This document shows positions 27,701 through 40,000 of a stretch of DNA of 61,541 nucleotides, in pieces (within the stretch, counting starts at the first letter, position 1; each line of letters starts with the position of its first letter). The notes beneath the pieces were generated by a model. The model worked only from the letters and a program-made list of their open reading frames with translations. It did no database searches and had not been told where the DNA came from. Source of the DNA: an uncultured Rickettsiales bacterium (GTDB lineage Bacteria; Pseudomonadota; Alphaproteobacteria; Rickettsiales; JABDBP01); assembly GCA_964450945.1 (NCBI GenBank), contig CAYVHI010000005.1, positions 1 through 61,541 of the forward strand, in the 5' to 3' direction. The translations under genes were made by a program, and so were the position numbers.

Positions 27701-28383
27701 GGTTGGTAAATACCGGTGCCAAGCACTCTTCCAAGATTATCTTCCTGCACTATAACAGCAACAGCATTCTTACCTTTCTCTACTTCAAACATCCTTGGTT
27801 CGCTGTCCCATATTGCCAGCAGATCTATTTTCCTTACGATATTATGGTTTTCTATGGTCCTGCCATCATTCTCACCATTGCCAATTTTTGTTTCTGCGTA
27901 AGGCTTGAAGCGAACAAGCCACACATCAACATTCTTTTGCCGCATTCCTTCTTTAGGAACCAGATCTATAATAAGCTTGTCGTCTTTCTCAGAAATGTTA
28001 ACTTTAACAGGATTAACAAAATTGTTTTCCTTTTCTATTTCCTCTAAAACTTCTTCTTCTGAGGTTCCTGGCATCGCCACCTTTCCATTTATTATCATCT
28101 GCGGCGTATACATGCGCCCCACTCTTCTGCTGTAATCGCGCTGACGGCCAGTGCTTGCTTTCAGGGAGAAAGGATCTTTCCAACCCAGCTGATCCCAGTA
28201 ATCAACATGGAATGCGAGCGCTACTATATTCTTATCATTTATAAGTTTGCCAAGGAATTTATCGGCAGGCGGACAAGAACTACAACCCTGCGATGTAAAT
28301 AATTCCACCAGTACCGGATTTTTTGTTTCTGCATAGGAAGTTGATGGAAACAACATGATGATTATCATTAATAATATTTGCAT
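27697..28383 (-). CDS. DUF1223 thioredoxin-like secreted protein
   Basis: Signal peptide, VELFTSQGCSSCPPAD, FHVDYWD.LGWKDPF, YTPQ. Confidence 0.9.
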   Translation of the reverse strand: MQILLMIIIMLFPSTSYAETKNPVLVELFTSQGCSSCPPADKFLGKLINDKNIVALAFHVDYWDQLGWKDPFSLKASTGRQRDYSRRVGRMYTPQMIINGKVAMPGTSEEEVLEEIEKENNFVNPVKVNISEKDDKLIIDLVPKEGMRQKNVDVWLVRFKPYAETKIGNGENDGRTIENHNIVRKIDLLAIWDSEPRMFEVEKGKNAVAVIVQEDNLGRVLGTGIYQP

Positions 28384-28387
28384 AATT

Positions 28388-31300
28388 TTATCCTTGTTCT
28401 GATAGTAGCGCGGTATCCCCACCAATTGCAGTAAGGTTTACGGTAAAGGTTCTTTCGGTTACGAAACGTAAAAGATAGTTTGGTCCGCCAGCCTTGAACC
28501 CCGTGCCAGATAAACCTTCACCGCCAAACGGCTGCACACCAACCGTTGCACCAATCATGCTGCGGTTGACATAAAAATTTCCGGCGCATATTTTTTTGTG
28601 CATTTGTTCAGCGCGCTCAGGAATTCTACTGTGCAAGCCAAAAGTAAGCCCATAGCCGGTGGAATTTATTTGATCTATCACTGCATCAAGATTTTCCTTT
28701 TTATATCTTATGATATGCAGGATAGGCCCAAAAACTTCACCTTCCAGTATATTTATATTATCTATCTCAAAAATATGCGGCGCGATAAAATTACCATCTT
28801 TAATATGAGTTGTGCCGCTGAATAATATCTTTGCTTCTCTCTTCATCTTCTCAATATGTTCCTGCAATTTGTTTTTTGCATTTGCATCTATAACAGGCCC
28901 CATATCAACTGAGAAATCCTTCGGGTTACCAACTCTAAACATATGAATGGCGCCAGTGATAATCTCGATAAGCCTGTCGGCAATTTCTTCCTGTATGAAT
29001 AATACTCTAAGAGCGGAGCACCGTTGGCCTGCGCTTGCAAAAGCTGACCTTATTATATCATCAGCCGCCTGCTCTGGCAGGGCGCTACTGTCCACCACCA
29101 TGCAATTCTGCCCGCCAGTTTCTGCAATTAAGGGAACTATGGGGCAATTTTTATTTGCTAATGTCTGGTTTATTTTCCATGCCGTTTCATTTGATCCTGT
29201 AAACACAACTCCTGCTATGTGTTTATCAGCAACAAGCCTTTTTCCAACTTCACCATCACCAAGTATAAGCTGAACTACTTTTTCTGGCACGCCGGCCTTA
29301 TGCATCAATTGCACGGCAAGGTGTGATATAAGCGGGGTCTGCTCTGCTGGCTTTGCGATGACTGCATTTCCCGTAGCGAGTGCGGCAGTAATCTGGCCGC
29401 AGAAAATCGCCAGCGGAAAATTCCACGGGCTGATACAACAGAAAATTCCCCTCGGGTAGAACGAGAAAGAATTATATTCACCAGTTGGTCCTTTAAAAGC
29501 CAAACGATCATTAAATAATTTTTTTGCTTCATCTGCATAGTAACGCGTGTAATCAACAGCTTCCCTTACTTCAGAAATAGCATCCGCCAATGTCTTTCCT
29601 GCTTCCCGCATGGCAAGGGAAATAAATTCTTCACGCCTGCTTTCAATCAGCTCAGCAAATTTTTCTAAAACTTTTGCGCGGTGATTTACATCTGTATTGC
29701 TCCAAATTTTAAATCCTTCTTTTGCAAATTCCATTGCATCATCAATATCACCCTGCCCACACATTCCCCATGTGCCGACAAGTTCCTTCAGGTCAGCAGG
29801 ATTATATATATCCTGCTCTCTTTCCTTTTTCTCTTTACCATTTATTATCGAAGCCGCCTCCCATACTTTATCTGTATACTTCTCAAGTCCTGAGTTTAAC
29901 GTTTCCAGCTCATATAAATTTGCTATGTTGTTGCCCAAGGAATTCTTTCTGGATTTTCCATAAATATCTTTTGGTAGGGGAATTTTACTTTCATTAATTT
30001 TAGATTTCTCAAAAGGGTTGGCAAGCAGCGCTGTGAGAGCGATCTTATTCTCTGCAAGCTGATATAGAAATGAACTGCTGGAGCCGTTTTCAAGCAACCT
30101 TCTAAGTAAATATGGCAACAAATCTTCATAAGGGCCGACAGGTGCGTAAATGCGGCAGGGAATATCCTTCACCACCTGATCGTGGATAACATCCGCCATA
30201 CCAAAAAGTTTCTGCAGCTCCACATTTTTTCCTTTTGCCATTACATGTATTGCGGAAATGGTCATGGCATTGTGGGTAGCAAATTGTGGATAAAAGAGCT
30301 CTCCGTAATCAAGCATCTTTTTTGCGCATGCCAAGTATGAAACATCGGTGTATTCTTTTCTGGTAAATACAGGGTAGGCTTCAGTTCCCTGCACCTGTGC
30401 ATTTTTAATCTCGCTGTCCCAGTATGCGCCTTTCACTAAGCGGATCGGGATTTGCTTTTTATGTTTGCGTGCAAGCTCTGCCAGCACATCTATAAGTTCA
30501 TAAGCCTGTTTGTGATAGGCCTGCACCGCGATTCCTATACCGTTGAATCCTGATAGTTCCTTATCAGAGATAAGTTGTTCAAAAAGAAGTAGCGTTATAT
30601 CAAGCTTTGAATGATCTTCCGCATCAACTGTAAGCATTATGTGCTCTTTCTTTGCCTGCAACGCCAGTTCCTTCAGACGCAGCAGAAGGTCTTTAAAAAC
30701 ATCTTCATGCTTTAACAATTCAAAACGCGGGAAAAGTGCTGAAAGTTTAACCGAAACACTGGAGCGGGCTTTAAGGTCAACGGCTTTTGCATCCTTGCTT
30801 ACATTTTTTATGGCCTCGATATATTGTTCTAAATAATATTTCGCCTGCGCTTCAGTGCGCGCAGATTCGCCAAGCATATCATAAGAAAGAAGGTAGCCTT
30901 TGTTTTCATATCTCTTGGCGTTTAGCATTGCCTGTGAAATATTTTCACCAAGCACAAATGCCTTTCCAATCTCTTCAATTATTTCCTTCAGCACCGTTCT
31001 GGTAACCGGAGAACTTAGAGAAAGCAGGGTTTTTCCCGCAATATTTTTTATTATGGATTCATCCTGGCTTAGGCGTGCGATTGTCCCGATAAGCCTCATT
31101 GCCAACCGGGAAGATTTTGTTATCAGCGATTCCTTACTATCCTCTCCGCCCTTCCACTCTGCTGATTCAAGCATGGATTCTATCAACAGCCCTTGTGTTT
31201 CCTTATCCGGAATACGTAAAAATGCCTCAGAAAGGGAAATAAGTGCACGGCCTTCATCGCTATGCAGGTGAAATTGATGGAGTAACTGTTCATAAAATCT

Positions 31301-31477
31301 TGGTTTTGTCGCCCGCGCTTCCTTTACCCACTGTTTTGCCTGGGCAAGTGCTTTCGGATAAACCGCATCAAAAAAATTTGTATCCTTGAGTAGCGCCTGA
31401 ACTATTTCTTTTTCATCTGCCAGGCTTTGCTTCCCCAGTTTTTTTATATGCGATGCAAATGAACGTTTTATTATCAT
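28388..31477 (-). CDS. putA: bifunctional proline dehydrogenase / P5C (glutamate semialdehyde) dehydrogenase, no RHH domain
   Basis: SYDMLGE, RLVKGAYWDSEIK, QFATHN, YAPVG, RRLLENG; ISPWNFPLAIF, ETGGQN, SAGQRCSALR, QPFGGEGLSGTG. Confidence 0.93.
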   Translation of the reverse strand: MIIKRSFASHIKKLGKQSLADEKEIVQALLKDTNFFDAVYPKALAQAKQWVKEARATKPRFYEQLLHQFHLHSDEGRALISLSEAFLRIPDKETQGLLIESMLESAEWKGGEDSKESLITKSSRLAMRLIGTIARLSQDESIIKNIAGKTLLSLSSPVTRTVLKEIIEEIGKAFVLGENISQAMLNAKRYENKGYLLSYDMLGESARTEAQAKYYLEQYIEAIKNVSKDAKAVDLKARSSVSVKLSALFPRFELLKHEDVFKDLLLRLKELALQAKKEHIMLTVDAEDHSKLDITLLLFEQLISDKELSGFNGIGIAVQAYHKQAYELIDVLAELARKHKKQIPIRLVKGAYWDSEIKNAQVQGTEAYPVFTRKEYTDVSYLACAKKMLDYGELFYPQFATHNAMTISAIHVMAKGKNVELQKLFGMADVIHDQVVKDIPCRIYAPVGPYEDLLPYLLRRLLENGSSSSFLYQLAENKIALTALLANPFEKSKINESKIPLPKDIYGKSRKNSLGNNIANLYELETLNSGLEKYTDKVWEAASIINGKEKKEREQDIYNPADLKELVGTWGMCGQGDIDDAMEFAKEGFKIWSNTDVNHRAKVLEKFAELIESRREEFISLAMREAGKTLADAISEVREAVDYTRYYADEAKKLFNDRLAFKGPTGEYNSFSFYPRGIFCCISPWNFPLAIFCGQITAALATGNAVIAKPAEQTPLISHLAVQLMHKAGVPEKVVQLILGDGEVGKRLVADKHIAGVVFTGSNETAWKINQTLANKNCPIVPLIAETGGQNCMVVDSSALPEQAADDIIRSAFASAGQRCSALRVLFIQEEIADRLIEIITGAIHMFRVGNPKDFSVDMGPVIDANAKNKLQEHIEKMKREAKILFSGTTHIKDGNFIAPHIFEIDNINILEGEVFGPILHIIRYKKENLDAVIDQINSTGYGLTFGLHSRIPERAEQMHKKICAGNFYVNRSMIGATVGVQPFGGEGLSGTGFKAGGPNYLLRFVTERTFTVNLTAIGGDTALLSEQG

Positions 31478-31524
31478 AAGTCCGGTGATATACTTTTCAT
31501 GTGGTTAAATTTAAGGGTATTATT

Positions 31525-32457
31525 ATGAACAGTAAAGAAATTCTAGACCAGTTGCTCGATAAATTATGGAAGAAATACATGCAGCGCGTTTCATATGCGG
31601 CTCAGTATGCGAAACTTGTGAAGCAGAAAGGTGGCGAAGTGCAGAACGACCATATCGCCTTCCGTACTTTTAATTGCAAAACCGGAACCCAGCCGGCAGG
31701 CGTTGATGCAATCGGCAGGATATTTGAGGCGCTCGGTTATGTGCGTAAGGAACAATATATTTTTACCGATAAAAAACTTACTGCATGGCACTGGGAGCAT
31801 GCAAAAAACGTTGATGGCAACCCTAAGATATTTATCAGCCAGCTGGAAGTAGAAAAACTTCCGGCCGAGGCGGCAAAATTAATAAAAGATGCGGTGAAAG
31901 ACGGCAGTGACCCTCTCACTTCAATGGATATAGAACTATTAGCTGCATTAAAAAATAATGAAGAACTTGATAAGGATTCAGCCGGTGCTTTACTTAAAAG
32001 TTTGGTGGATTTTTTTGGTCGTCATTGGTCGGTACCAAAGAAAAGTGTTATTGAAAAAGTTAATAAGGATTCCCAGTATGCAGCGTGGACATTGCTGCAC
32101 GGCAACAGTGTCAACCATTTCACAGCCTATATAAATAAACAGAGAGTTAAGGAATGGCCTGATCTTGAAACAACCCACAATGGGCTGAAGGCGGCTGGAA
32201 TTCCTATGAAAAGCGAATTCGAGGGTGAAAAAGGCAGTAAACTCTGGCAGTCTTCAACTCAGGCAGTGATGGAGGATTGCGATATAGTTGAGGATAACGG
32301 TAAGCCAGGAAAAATCAAATGGAGTTATGCCTATTATGAACTTGCCGAGCGCGGTTTTGTTACGGATGCCAGTGGGAAGAAAGTTATGTTTCACGGCTTC
32401 CTTGGCGAGCAGGCGACCAATCTTTTTGAAATGACGAAGACTGGCAGCAAGAAGTGA
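31525..32457 (+). CDS. DUF1338 2-oxoadipate dioxygenase/decarboxylase (HglS/YdcJ-like)
   Basis: NDHIAFRT, SQYAAW, NHFT, YYELAER (His/His/Glu iron ligands), GFLGEQATNLFEMT. Confidence 0.82.
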   Translation: MNSKEILDQLLDKLWKKYMQRVSYAAQYAKLVKQKGGEVQNDHIAFRTFNCKTGTQPAGVDAIGRIFEALGYVRKEQYIFTDKKLTAWHWEHAKNVDGNPKIFISQLEVEKLPAEAAKLIKDAVKDGSDPLTSMDIELLAALKNNEELDKDSAGALLKSLVDFFGRHWSVPKKSVIEKVNKDSQYAAWTLLHGNSVNHFTAYINKQRVKEWPDLETTHNGLKAAGIPMKSEFEGEKGSKLWQSSTQAVMEDCDIVEDNGKPGKIKWSYAYYELAERGFVTDASGKKVMFHGFLGEQATNLFEMTKTGSKK

Positions 32458-33857
32458 GCCTTGATAAGATAAAAAATATTCTTGGCGCAAAAGGTTTTCT
32501 TGAGAAAGCTGAAGATAAACTTCCTTTTGAAAAATCCTGGCGCGGTGGATATCAGGGAAAAGCTGCACTCATCGCCTTACCATCGTCTGTTGATCAGGTG
32601 AGTAAGGTTGTAGAAATTTGCGTTGAGGCAAAGATACCTATTGTCCCGCAGGGTGGCAATACTGGCCTTGTAAGCGGCGGAGTGCCTGATAATTCAGGAA
32701 AAGAAATAGTCATAAGTCTTTCACGCCTGAATAAGATACGTGCAATAGATAAAGATAATTTTACGATGGTTGCTGAAGCAGGGTGCATACTCCAGACACT
32801 TCAGGAAAAGGCGAAAGAGAATAACCGTCTATTCCCGATGAGCATAGCTTCCGAAGGAAGTGCAATGCTTGGTGGTTTAATCTCCACTAATGCCGGCGGT
32901 ACGGCAGTCATACGTTATGGCAACATGCGCGATCTTGTTTTTGGGCTTGAGGTTGTTCTGCCATCTGGTGATATTTGGAATGGTTTAACAACGCTGCGCA
33001 AAGACAATACTGGCTATGATCTGAAGCAATTATTCATAGGCGCTGAAGGAACCCTTGGAATAATCACCGCCGCGAGTGTAAAACTTTTTCCGGTGCCTAA
33101 AAATAAAATTACTCTTTTTATTGGTGTTGAAAATATTGATGATGCAGCAAAACTTTTCGGCATATTCCGCATGGAATTCGGCGATAACCTTACAGCTTTT
33201 GAAATGGTTTCCGGCCACGGAATGGAACTTGCCATAAAAAACATTCCTGATATCAGGAATCCACTTAGTTCTATTTATCCTTATAGTCTTCTGATTGAAA
33301 TATCTTCATGGGCTGAGGAAGAAACTGAAAAAAGCCGGGTTGAGAATTTCCTAGCATCCTTGATGGAGAAAGGTGTGGTGAAAGATGCGGCCCTTGCCGG
33401 ATCAATAGCGCAAGAGCGTCAGTTCTGGCATATAAGAGAGCATATCCCGGAAGCCATAAAAAAGGCAGGAAAGGGATTACATTTTGATATTTCTATGCCG
33501 ATAAGCAGCATTCCAGGGTTTATAAAAGGCACAGATAAGGCCATATTAGATAGTAATTATGGCATAAAACTTGCGCCTTTTGGACATATGGGGGATGGCA
33601 ACCTGCATTATAATATGTATATTTCTCAAGCAGTTGATGACACAGCATTTCAGAAGACAAAAAATGAAATAAAAACAATCGTTTACGACAGGATTGCCGG
33701 TTGTTCCGGAAGCATAAGCGCAGAGCATGGGATTGGCCTGGAGCGTAAGGAAGAATTAAAAAAATATACTCCTGGAGTGGAGCTTAAAATGATGAAAAAC
33801 ATAAAAAAAGCGCTAGACCCTGATAACCTTATGAATCCAGGCAGGATTTTTGACTGA
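32454..33857 (+). CDS. FAD-linked D-2-hydroxyacid (D-2-hydroxyglutarate) dehydrogenase
   Basis: PQGGNTGLVSG, STNAGG, LRKDNTGYDLKQLFIGAEGTLG, GHMGDGNLH, SAEHGIG; 4-nt overlap with the DUF1338 gene. Confidence 0.9.
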   Translation: MSLDKIKNILGAKGFLEKAEDKLPFEKSWRGGYQGKAALIALPSSVDQVSKVVEICVEAKIPIVPQGGNTGLVSGGVPDNSGKEIVISLSRLNKIRAIDKDNFTMVAEAGCILQTLQEKAKENNRLFPMSIASEGSAMLGGLISTNAGGTAVIRYGNMRDLVFGLEVVLPSGDIWNGLTTLRKDNTGYDLKQLFIGAEGTLGIITAASVKLFPVPKNKITLFIGVENIDDAAKLFGIFRMEFGDNLTAFEMVSGHGMELAIKNIPDIRNPLSSIYPYSLLIEISSWAEEETEKSRVENFLASLMEKGVVKDAALAGSIAQERQFWHIREHIPEAIKKAGKGLHFDISMPISSIPGFIKGTDKAILDSNYGIKLAPFGHMGDGNLHYNMYISQAVDDTAFQKTKNEIKTIVYDRIAGCSGSISAEHGIGLERKEELKKYTPGVELKMMKNIKKALDPDNLMNPGRIFD

Positions 33858-33931
33858 AAACTTGCTTTTTCCCAGTAAATCTGTATGTTTCGGCAAATTT
33901 ATGCTGGATTTTAATACAGTTATACTAAAGC

Positions 33932-33957
33932 TTAACAAAATCTTAATAAAACCTTAA
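33932..33957 (+). promoter_or_regulatory. tandem CtrA-type site upstream of the giant adhesin
   Basis: TTAA-CAAAATC-TTAA-TAAAACC-TTAA, then 9 nt and GCTATAGT. Confidence 0.65.
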
Positions 33958-34000
33958 TGATTTCCTGCTATAGTACACATATAAAATATCACATATAAAC

Positions 34001-37000
34001 ATGGGCATAGACATAAATTTAATATTCGACGCTAAATATTATTTACGCCAGAATCCTGATGTTGCTGCCGCGGGTGTGGATCCACTTTCCCACTTCCTGC
34101 AGTTTGGTCAGTTTGAAGGCAGGAACCCTTCCGTCTTTTTTAATAAGAATTATTACTTGAGCCAGAATCCTGATGTTGCTGCCGCGGGTGTGGATCCTTT
34201 TCAGCACTTCCTTAACTTCGGTATAAATGAAGGCAGAGATTTCTCTCCATTTTTTGATGCCGATTTTTATCTTTCAAAAAATAATGATGTGCTTTTCTCC
34301 GGCGTGAACCCATTAAAGCATTTCCTTGAGCATGGTTTAGATGAAGGCCGGATTCCAACACCATTATTTGATAAATTCTTTTATAAACTCAACAATCCAG
34401 ACCTTGCTGGAATGACTGCTTTTGAACACTTTCTTGAAGTTGGTATTTTTGAGCATAAAGCTCCTAGCCCACTATTCGTGGATGCAATAAATAATGCTGC
34501 TCCTGGAACAAATTTTGTTAATTTGATTATTCAGACTGCGGCAACTATAGTTACTAATATAGAAAACACTCCGCCGCCACCGCAACCAAATCCTAATGCG
34601 GCGCCTGTTGTTCATCTTCCTTCCACACCTTCTACCAATGAAGAAGTGGCAGTGGCGATTCAGAATATAAATTTCACAGATGCAGACAGCAATCTTCTTC
34701 AGGTTACTCTTTCTACTGCTAACGGAACACTGCAGGTAAACACTTCTGTTGTTGACGGGCTTACCGCAAGCGATATATCAAACAACGGAACCTCAAGCGT
34801 TACATTCACGGCTAATATTGTAAAAGTAAATAACACGCTTGCTGATGCAAACGGGCTTATATTCACCCCTACAACAAATTTTAATGGCAATGCTGTTATC
34901 AACGTTTCCGCCTCAGATGGTTCAGTTGGCAGCTCTCAGAACTTGAATGTTACGGTAAATAACGTAAATGATGCTCCGGTAAATACAGTTCCTGGCGCGC
35001 AAAGCACAAATGAAAATACTTCTAAGGTTATATCAGGCATAAGCATAACAGATATAGATAGCACCTCTGCAACAGTTACTCTTTCTGTTGCCCACGGAAC
35101 CGTATCTATAAACACTGGTGTTGCTGGCGGGCTGACTGCTGGCGATATAACAAATAATGGAACCGGAACCGTAACGATAACCGGGAATATATCAGCAATT
35201 AACGCCACTTTTGCAGATGCATCTGGCGTAACATATACCCCAACAACCGCTTATGACGGGCCAGATACACTGACAGTAAATACAAATGATGGTTCGCTTT
35301 CTGACAGCGACAACATAAACATAACAGTAATAAACGTTAACAATCCTCCAGTTAATAGCGTTCCGGGCACACAGCTCGTTACAGAAGATACTCCAAAAGC
35401 AGTTGGCGTTGGTGTTTCCGATGATGGCGCAACCGTAACGACAACAATATCAGTTTCACATGGTGTATTGAATGTAACTGCAAATCTTCCTGGCGGCCTT
35501 ACTGCCGGCCAGATTACTGGTAATGGCACTAATTCCGTTATTCTTAGCGGAAACGTTTCGGCAGTAAATACCACTCTCGGCTCAAATGTATATAGCCCTA
35601 ATGCCAATTTCGACACTACAGATACACTTGTCGTCCATAGCGAAGATAGCTTCGGCGAAACAGATATAGATAATGTCACACTTAATATAGATGCGGTTAA
35701 TGATGATCCAACAATAGTTGTCCCTGGTTCTCAGACCACAAATGAAGATACAGCAAAAACAATTTCCGGCATAAGCGTTGGTGATGTTGATAATACATCC
35801 ATTTCTGTAACCCTGACTGTTTCTCACGGTACAGCAACTGTTGTTACAAACCCCAATGTTTCCATTACAGGCAATGGTTCAAACGTAGTCGTCCTTAACG
35901 GCACAGTGGCGGGAATCAATGCAATCCTTTCTGATCCGGCAGCCATAAATTATGTTCCAACTGCAAATTATAATGGCTCTGATACATTGCTGATACAGGC
36001 CAATGATGGTGTAGGCGGAACTCATTCTGATACGGTAGGTATCACGGTAACATCTGTTGACGATGCGCCGGTGAATACAGCCCCTGGATTACAAACGACA
36101 AATGAAGATACAGCAAAGGTAATAAGCGGCTTATCAGTTGCAGATATAGATCATACAACCTTAAGCACATACACCCTTTCAGTTTCACACGGGATCATCA
36201 CGCTTAATACCGGAGTTTCCGGTGGTGTAACAGCAGGTGAGGTTTCTGGCAACGGTACAAACTCCGTAACCATCAGCGGCGCAGGGATAATAGAAATAAA
36301 TGCAACACTTGCTCATGCAAGCGGTGTCACTTATACACCAGCAAATAATTATGTAGGCAGTGATACTCTGACAGTTATTGCTGATGATGGCACACTTTCA
36401 GATTCAGATAATGTAGGGATTACAGTAAACGCTGTAAATGATGCTCCGGTAAATACCATACCGGGTGCGCAAACCACAAACGAAGATACGGCAAAAGTTA
36501 TAAGCGGCATAAGTGTAACAGACGTTGATAATACAACTCTTTCTACTTACACACTAACTGTTACAAATGGCGTGTTGACCTTGAATACTTCTGTATCTGG
36601 CGGTTTAACCGCAGGCGAAATTTCCGGTAACGGCACAAATTCAGTTACTGTAAGTGGGGCTACAGTTGCGGCAATTAATGCAACACTTGCTGATGCGAGT
36701 GGGCTTACTTATAACCCAACTGCAAATTTCAATGGTAGTTCAACACTTACTGTAGATGCAAACGACGGCTCTCTATCTGATAGTGATAATATAAGCATCA
36801 CTGTCAATTCAGTTAATGATGCTCCAATAAATTCAGTTCCTGGCGCACAGACAGCAAGCGAAGATACTAATAAAGTCATCAGTGGAATTTCTGTTAGCGA
36901 TATAGATAATTCATCACTTTCAACATATACATTAACTGTTTCTCACGGCACCATAACACTTAATACAGGTGTTTCCGGCGGCATAAACGCGGGTCAGGTT

Positions 37001-40000
37001 TCCGGTAACGGTACAAATTCAGTGACCATCAGCGGTGCAACCATTACAGCACTAAACAATACATTCGCTGATGGAAGCGGAGTTACATATTTATCTGATC
37101 TTAATTACAATGGCAGCGATACGCTGACGGTACAGGCCAATGATGGAACAGATTCTGATTCAGATAACATTGGGATTACAGTAAACGCTGTCAATGACGC
37201 TCCGGTAAATACAGTTCCAGGCGCACAGACAGCAAACGAAGATGCAAATAAAGTTATAAGCGGAATAAGTGTTAGCGATGTCGATAATTCTTCACTTGCA
37301 ACCTATACACTTTCTGTCTCACACGGCACCATTACACTTAATACCGGTGTTTCGGGCGGTTTAACAGCAGGCCAGATTTCAGGTAATGGCACAAACTCTG
37401 TAACCATAAGTAGCGCTACAGTTGCAGCAATTAATAATACTTTTGCCGATGCAGCAGGTATAACTTACTTATCTGACCTCAATTACAACGGTAGCGATAC
37501 CATCTCTTTACAAGCTGATGATGGCGCTCTTTCAGATTCAGATAACATAAACATAACTGTCAATGCTACAAATGACGCTCCAACTGTTGCAAATTCCCTG
37601 GTAGATCAGAATGGAACTGAAGGTTCTTCATTCAGTTATCAGTTTGCTTCAAATTCATTCGATGATATTGATGTAGGCGATTCATTAACCTACTCCGCAA
37701 CACTTGTTGGCGGCGGTGCGCTGCCTTCATGGCTGACCTTTACCCCAGGTACAAGAACATTCAGCGGCACCCCAGGCGTAGGAGATATCGGCACAATAAA
37801 TGTACAAGTTACTGCAACAGATACAGCTTCTGCAGCAATATCTGATGATTTCCAGTTAGTTGTAGGTTCAGCTTCCGGCCAGAATTTCACCCTTACCGGT
37901 GGAAATGATAATTTCGTAGGTTTCTCAAACAATGATACTTTCACAACTTCTGAAGCAAATCTTTCTGCCAGTGATACATTGACTGGGGCAGGTGGAACTG
38001 ACAGGTTGGTTTATACCAATGCTGCAGCTTTAACTTCCGCAGAACTTGCTAATAAGACAAGTATTGAAATCATAGAACTGCAAGCTGGCGGCAACTCTTT
38101 GGTATTCACAGATGCATTCGTTGATTCATCTGGTAACGATACTGTTGAGATAGAAAACGGTACTAACACAATAACCAGCCTTGATACTTCTGCGGTTAAT
38201 GCGGCCCGCACTGTAATGATTGCTGGCACTGGGGCGGTAACACTTGCCAACACGAATAACCGTGTGGTTGCCAAAGATGGTGTCAACACTTCTATTACCG
38301 GCGGCACTGGTGCTGATACAATAATCGGCGGAACCGGCAATGATACTATAACCAACAGCTCCGGCAGCGATTCAATGACAGGCGGTAATGGCAATGATGT
38401 ATTCAACACATCAGAAGCAAACTTCATCGCCGGTGATACGATTGGTGGTGGTGCAGGGACAGATACTCTAACTTATACCAACGCAGCAGCTCTTACTGCA
38501 GCAGAGCTTGCTAACAAAACAGGATTTGAAATTATTCAGACTTCAGCTAACGGCAATACTTTTGTATTTACCGATGCATTCGTTGATTCATCTGAGAATG
38601 ATACGATAGAGATTGCTAACGGCACCAATACAATAACCAGCCTTGATACTTCGGCAGTAAATTCTGCACGTACTGTAATGATCGCCGGCACCGGCGCAGT
38701 TACACTTGCAGCTGGTGTTAATAACCGCGTGGTTGCAAAAGATGGTGTTAATACCTCTATCACCGGCGGCACCGGTGCTGATACAATAATAGGCGGCACA
38801 GGTGCCGATACAATAACCACCAGTGGCACCGGAAGTGATAGCTTAAGCGGTGGGAACGGCAATGATAATATAAGAACAACCGAAGCAAACTTCATTGCTG
38901 GCCATACGATAGATGGTGGTGCAGGGACAGATACATTAACATATACAAATGCGGCAGCGCTTTCTTCTGCTGAACTGGCAAATAAGACTGGGTTTGAAAT
39001 TATTCAGACTTCAGCTAACGGCAATACTTTTGTATTTACCGATGCATTCGTTGATTCATCTGAGAATGATACGATAGAGATTGCTAACGGCACCAATACA
39101 ATAACCAGCCTTAATACATCGGCCGTTAACTCAGCACGCACTGTAATGATTGGTGGCACCGGCGCAGTTACACTTGCAGCTGGTGTTAATAACCGCGTGG
39201 TTGCCAAAGATGGAGTTAATACTTCAATTACTGGCGGCACAGGTGCTGATACAATAATCGGCGGAACCGGCAATGATACTATAACCAACAGCTCTGGCAG
39301 TGATTCAATGACAGGCGGTAGTGGTGCTGATGTATTTAGTACAAGTGAAACAAACCTAATTGCCGGCGATACTATAGATGGCGGCGCAGGAACTGATACT
39401 TTAACTTATACCACTGCTGCGGCCCTAAGCTCTGCCGAACTTGCAAACAAAACTAGCATTGAAATAATTTCTGCATCAGCAGCAAACGGCAATACTTTTG
39501 TGTTCACCGATGCATTCGTTGATGCATCTGGTAACGATACAATAGAGATCGCTAATGGCACAAGAACTGTTACCAGCCTGGATACTTCTGCGGTTAATGC
39601 GGCCCGCACTGTAATGATTGGCGGCACTGGGGCTGTTACACTTGGTAATTCCGGCAACCGCGTGGTCTCCAAAGATGGAGTAAACACCAACATCACGGGA
39701 GGAACTGGCGTGGATACAATCATCGGCGGAACTGGTAATGATTCTCTGACCGGTGGCAGCGGTAACGATACGCTTGTTGGTAGTTCGGGTACTGATACGC
39801 TTTCCGGCGGCAATAACGACGATACACTTGTTGGCGGAACAGGCGGCGATGTGCTTACAGGTGGCGCAAATGTTGATACATTCAAATTTGCAGCAACAGA
39901 CCTGCAGGCAAATCCAACTGCCACATCCCAGATTGATAGGGCAACAGACTGGGTGAACGGAACAGATAAGTTCATGATTGAAAACATTAGCGGCAGCACC

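Noticed and set aside
34590-39740. Long tandem repeats as CRISPR or diversity-generating retroelement template/variable repeats
   Set aside because: They are in-frame protein-domain repeats; differences are not adenine-specific and there is no reverse transcriptase.
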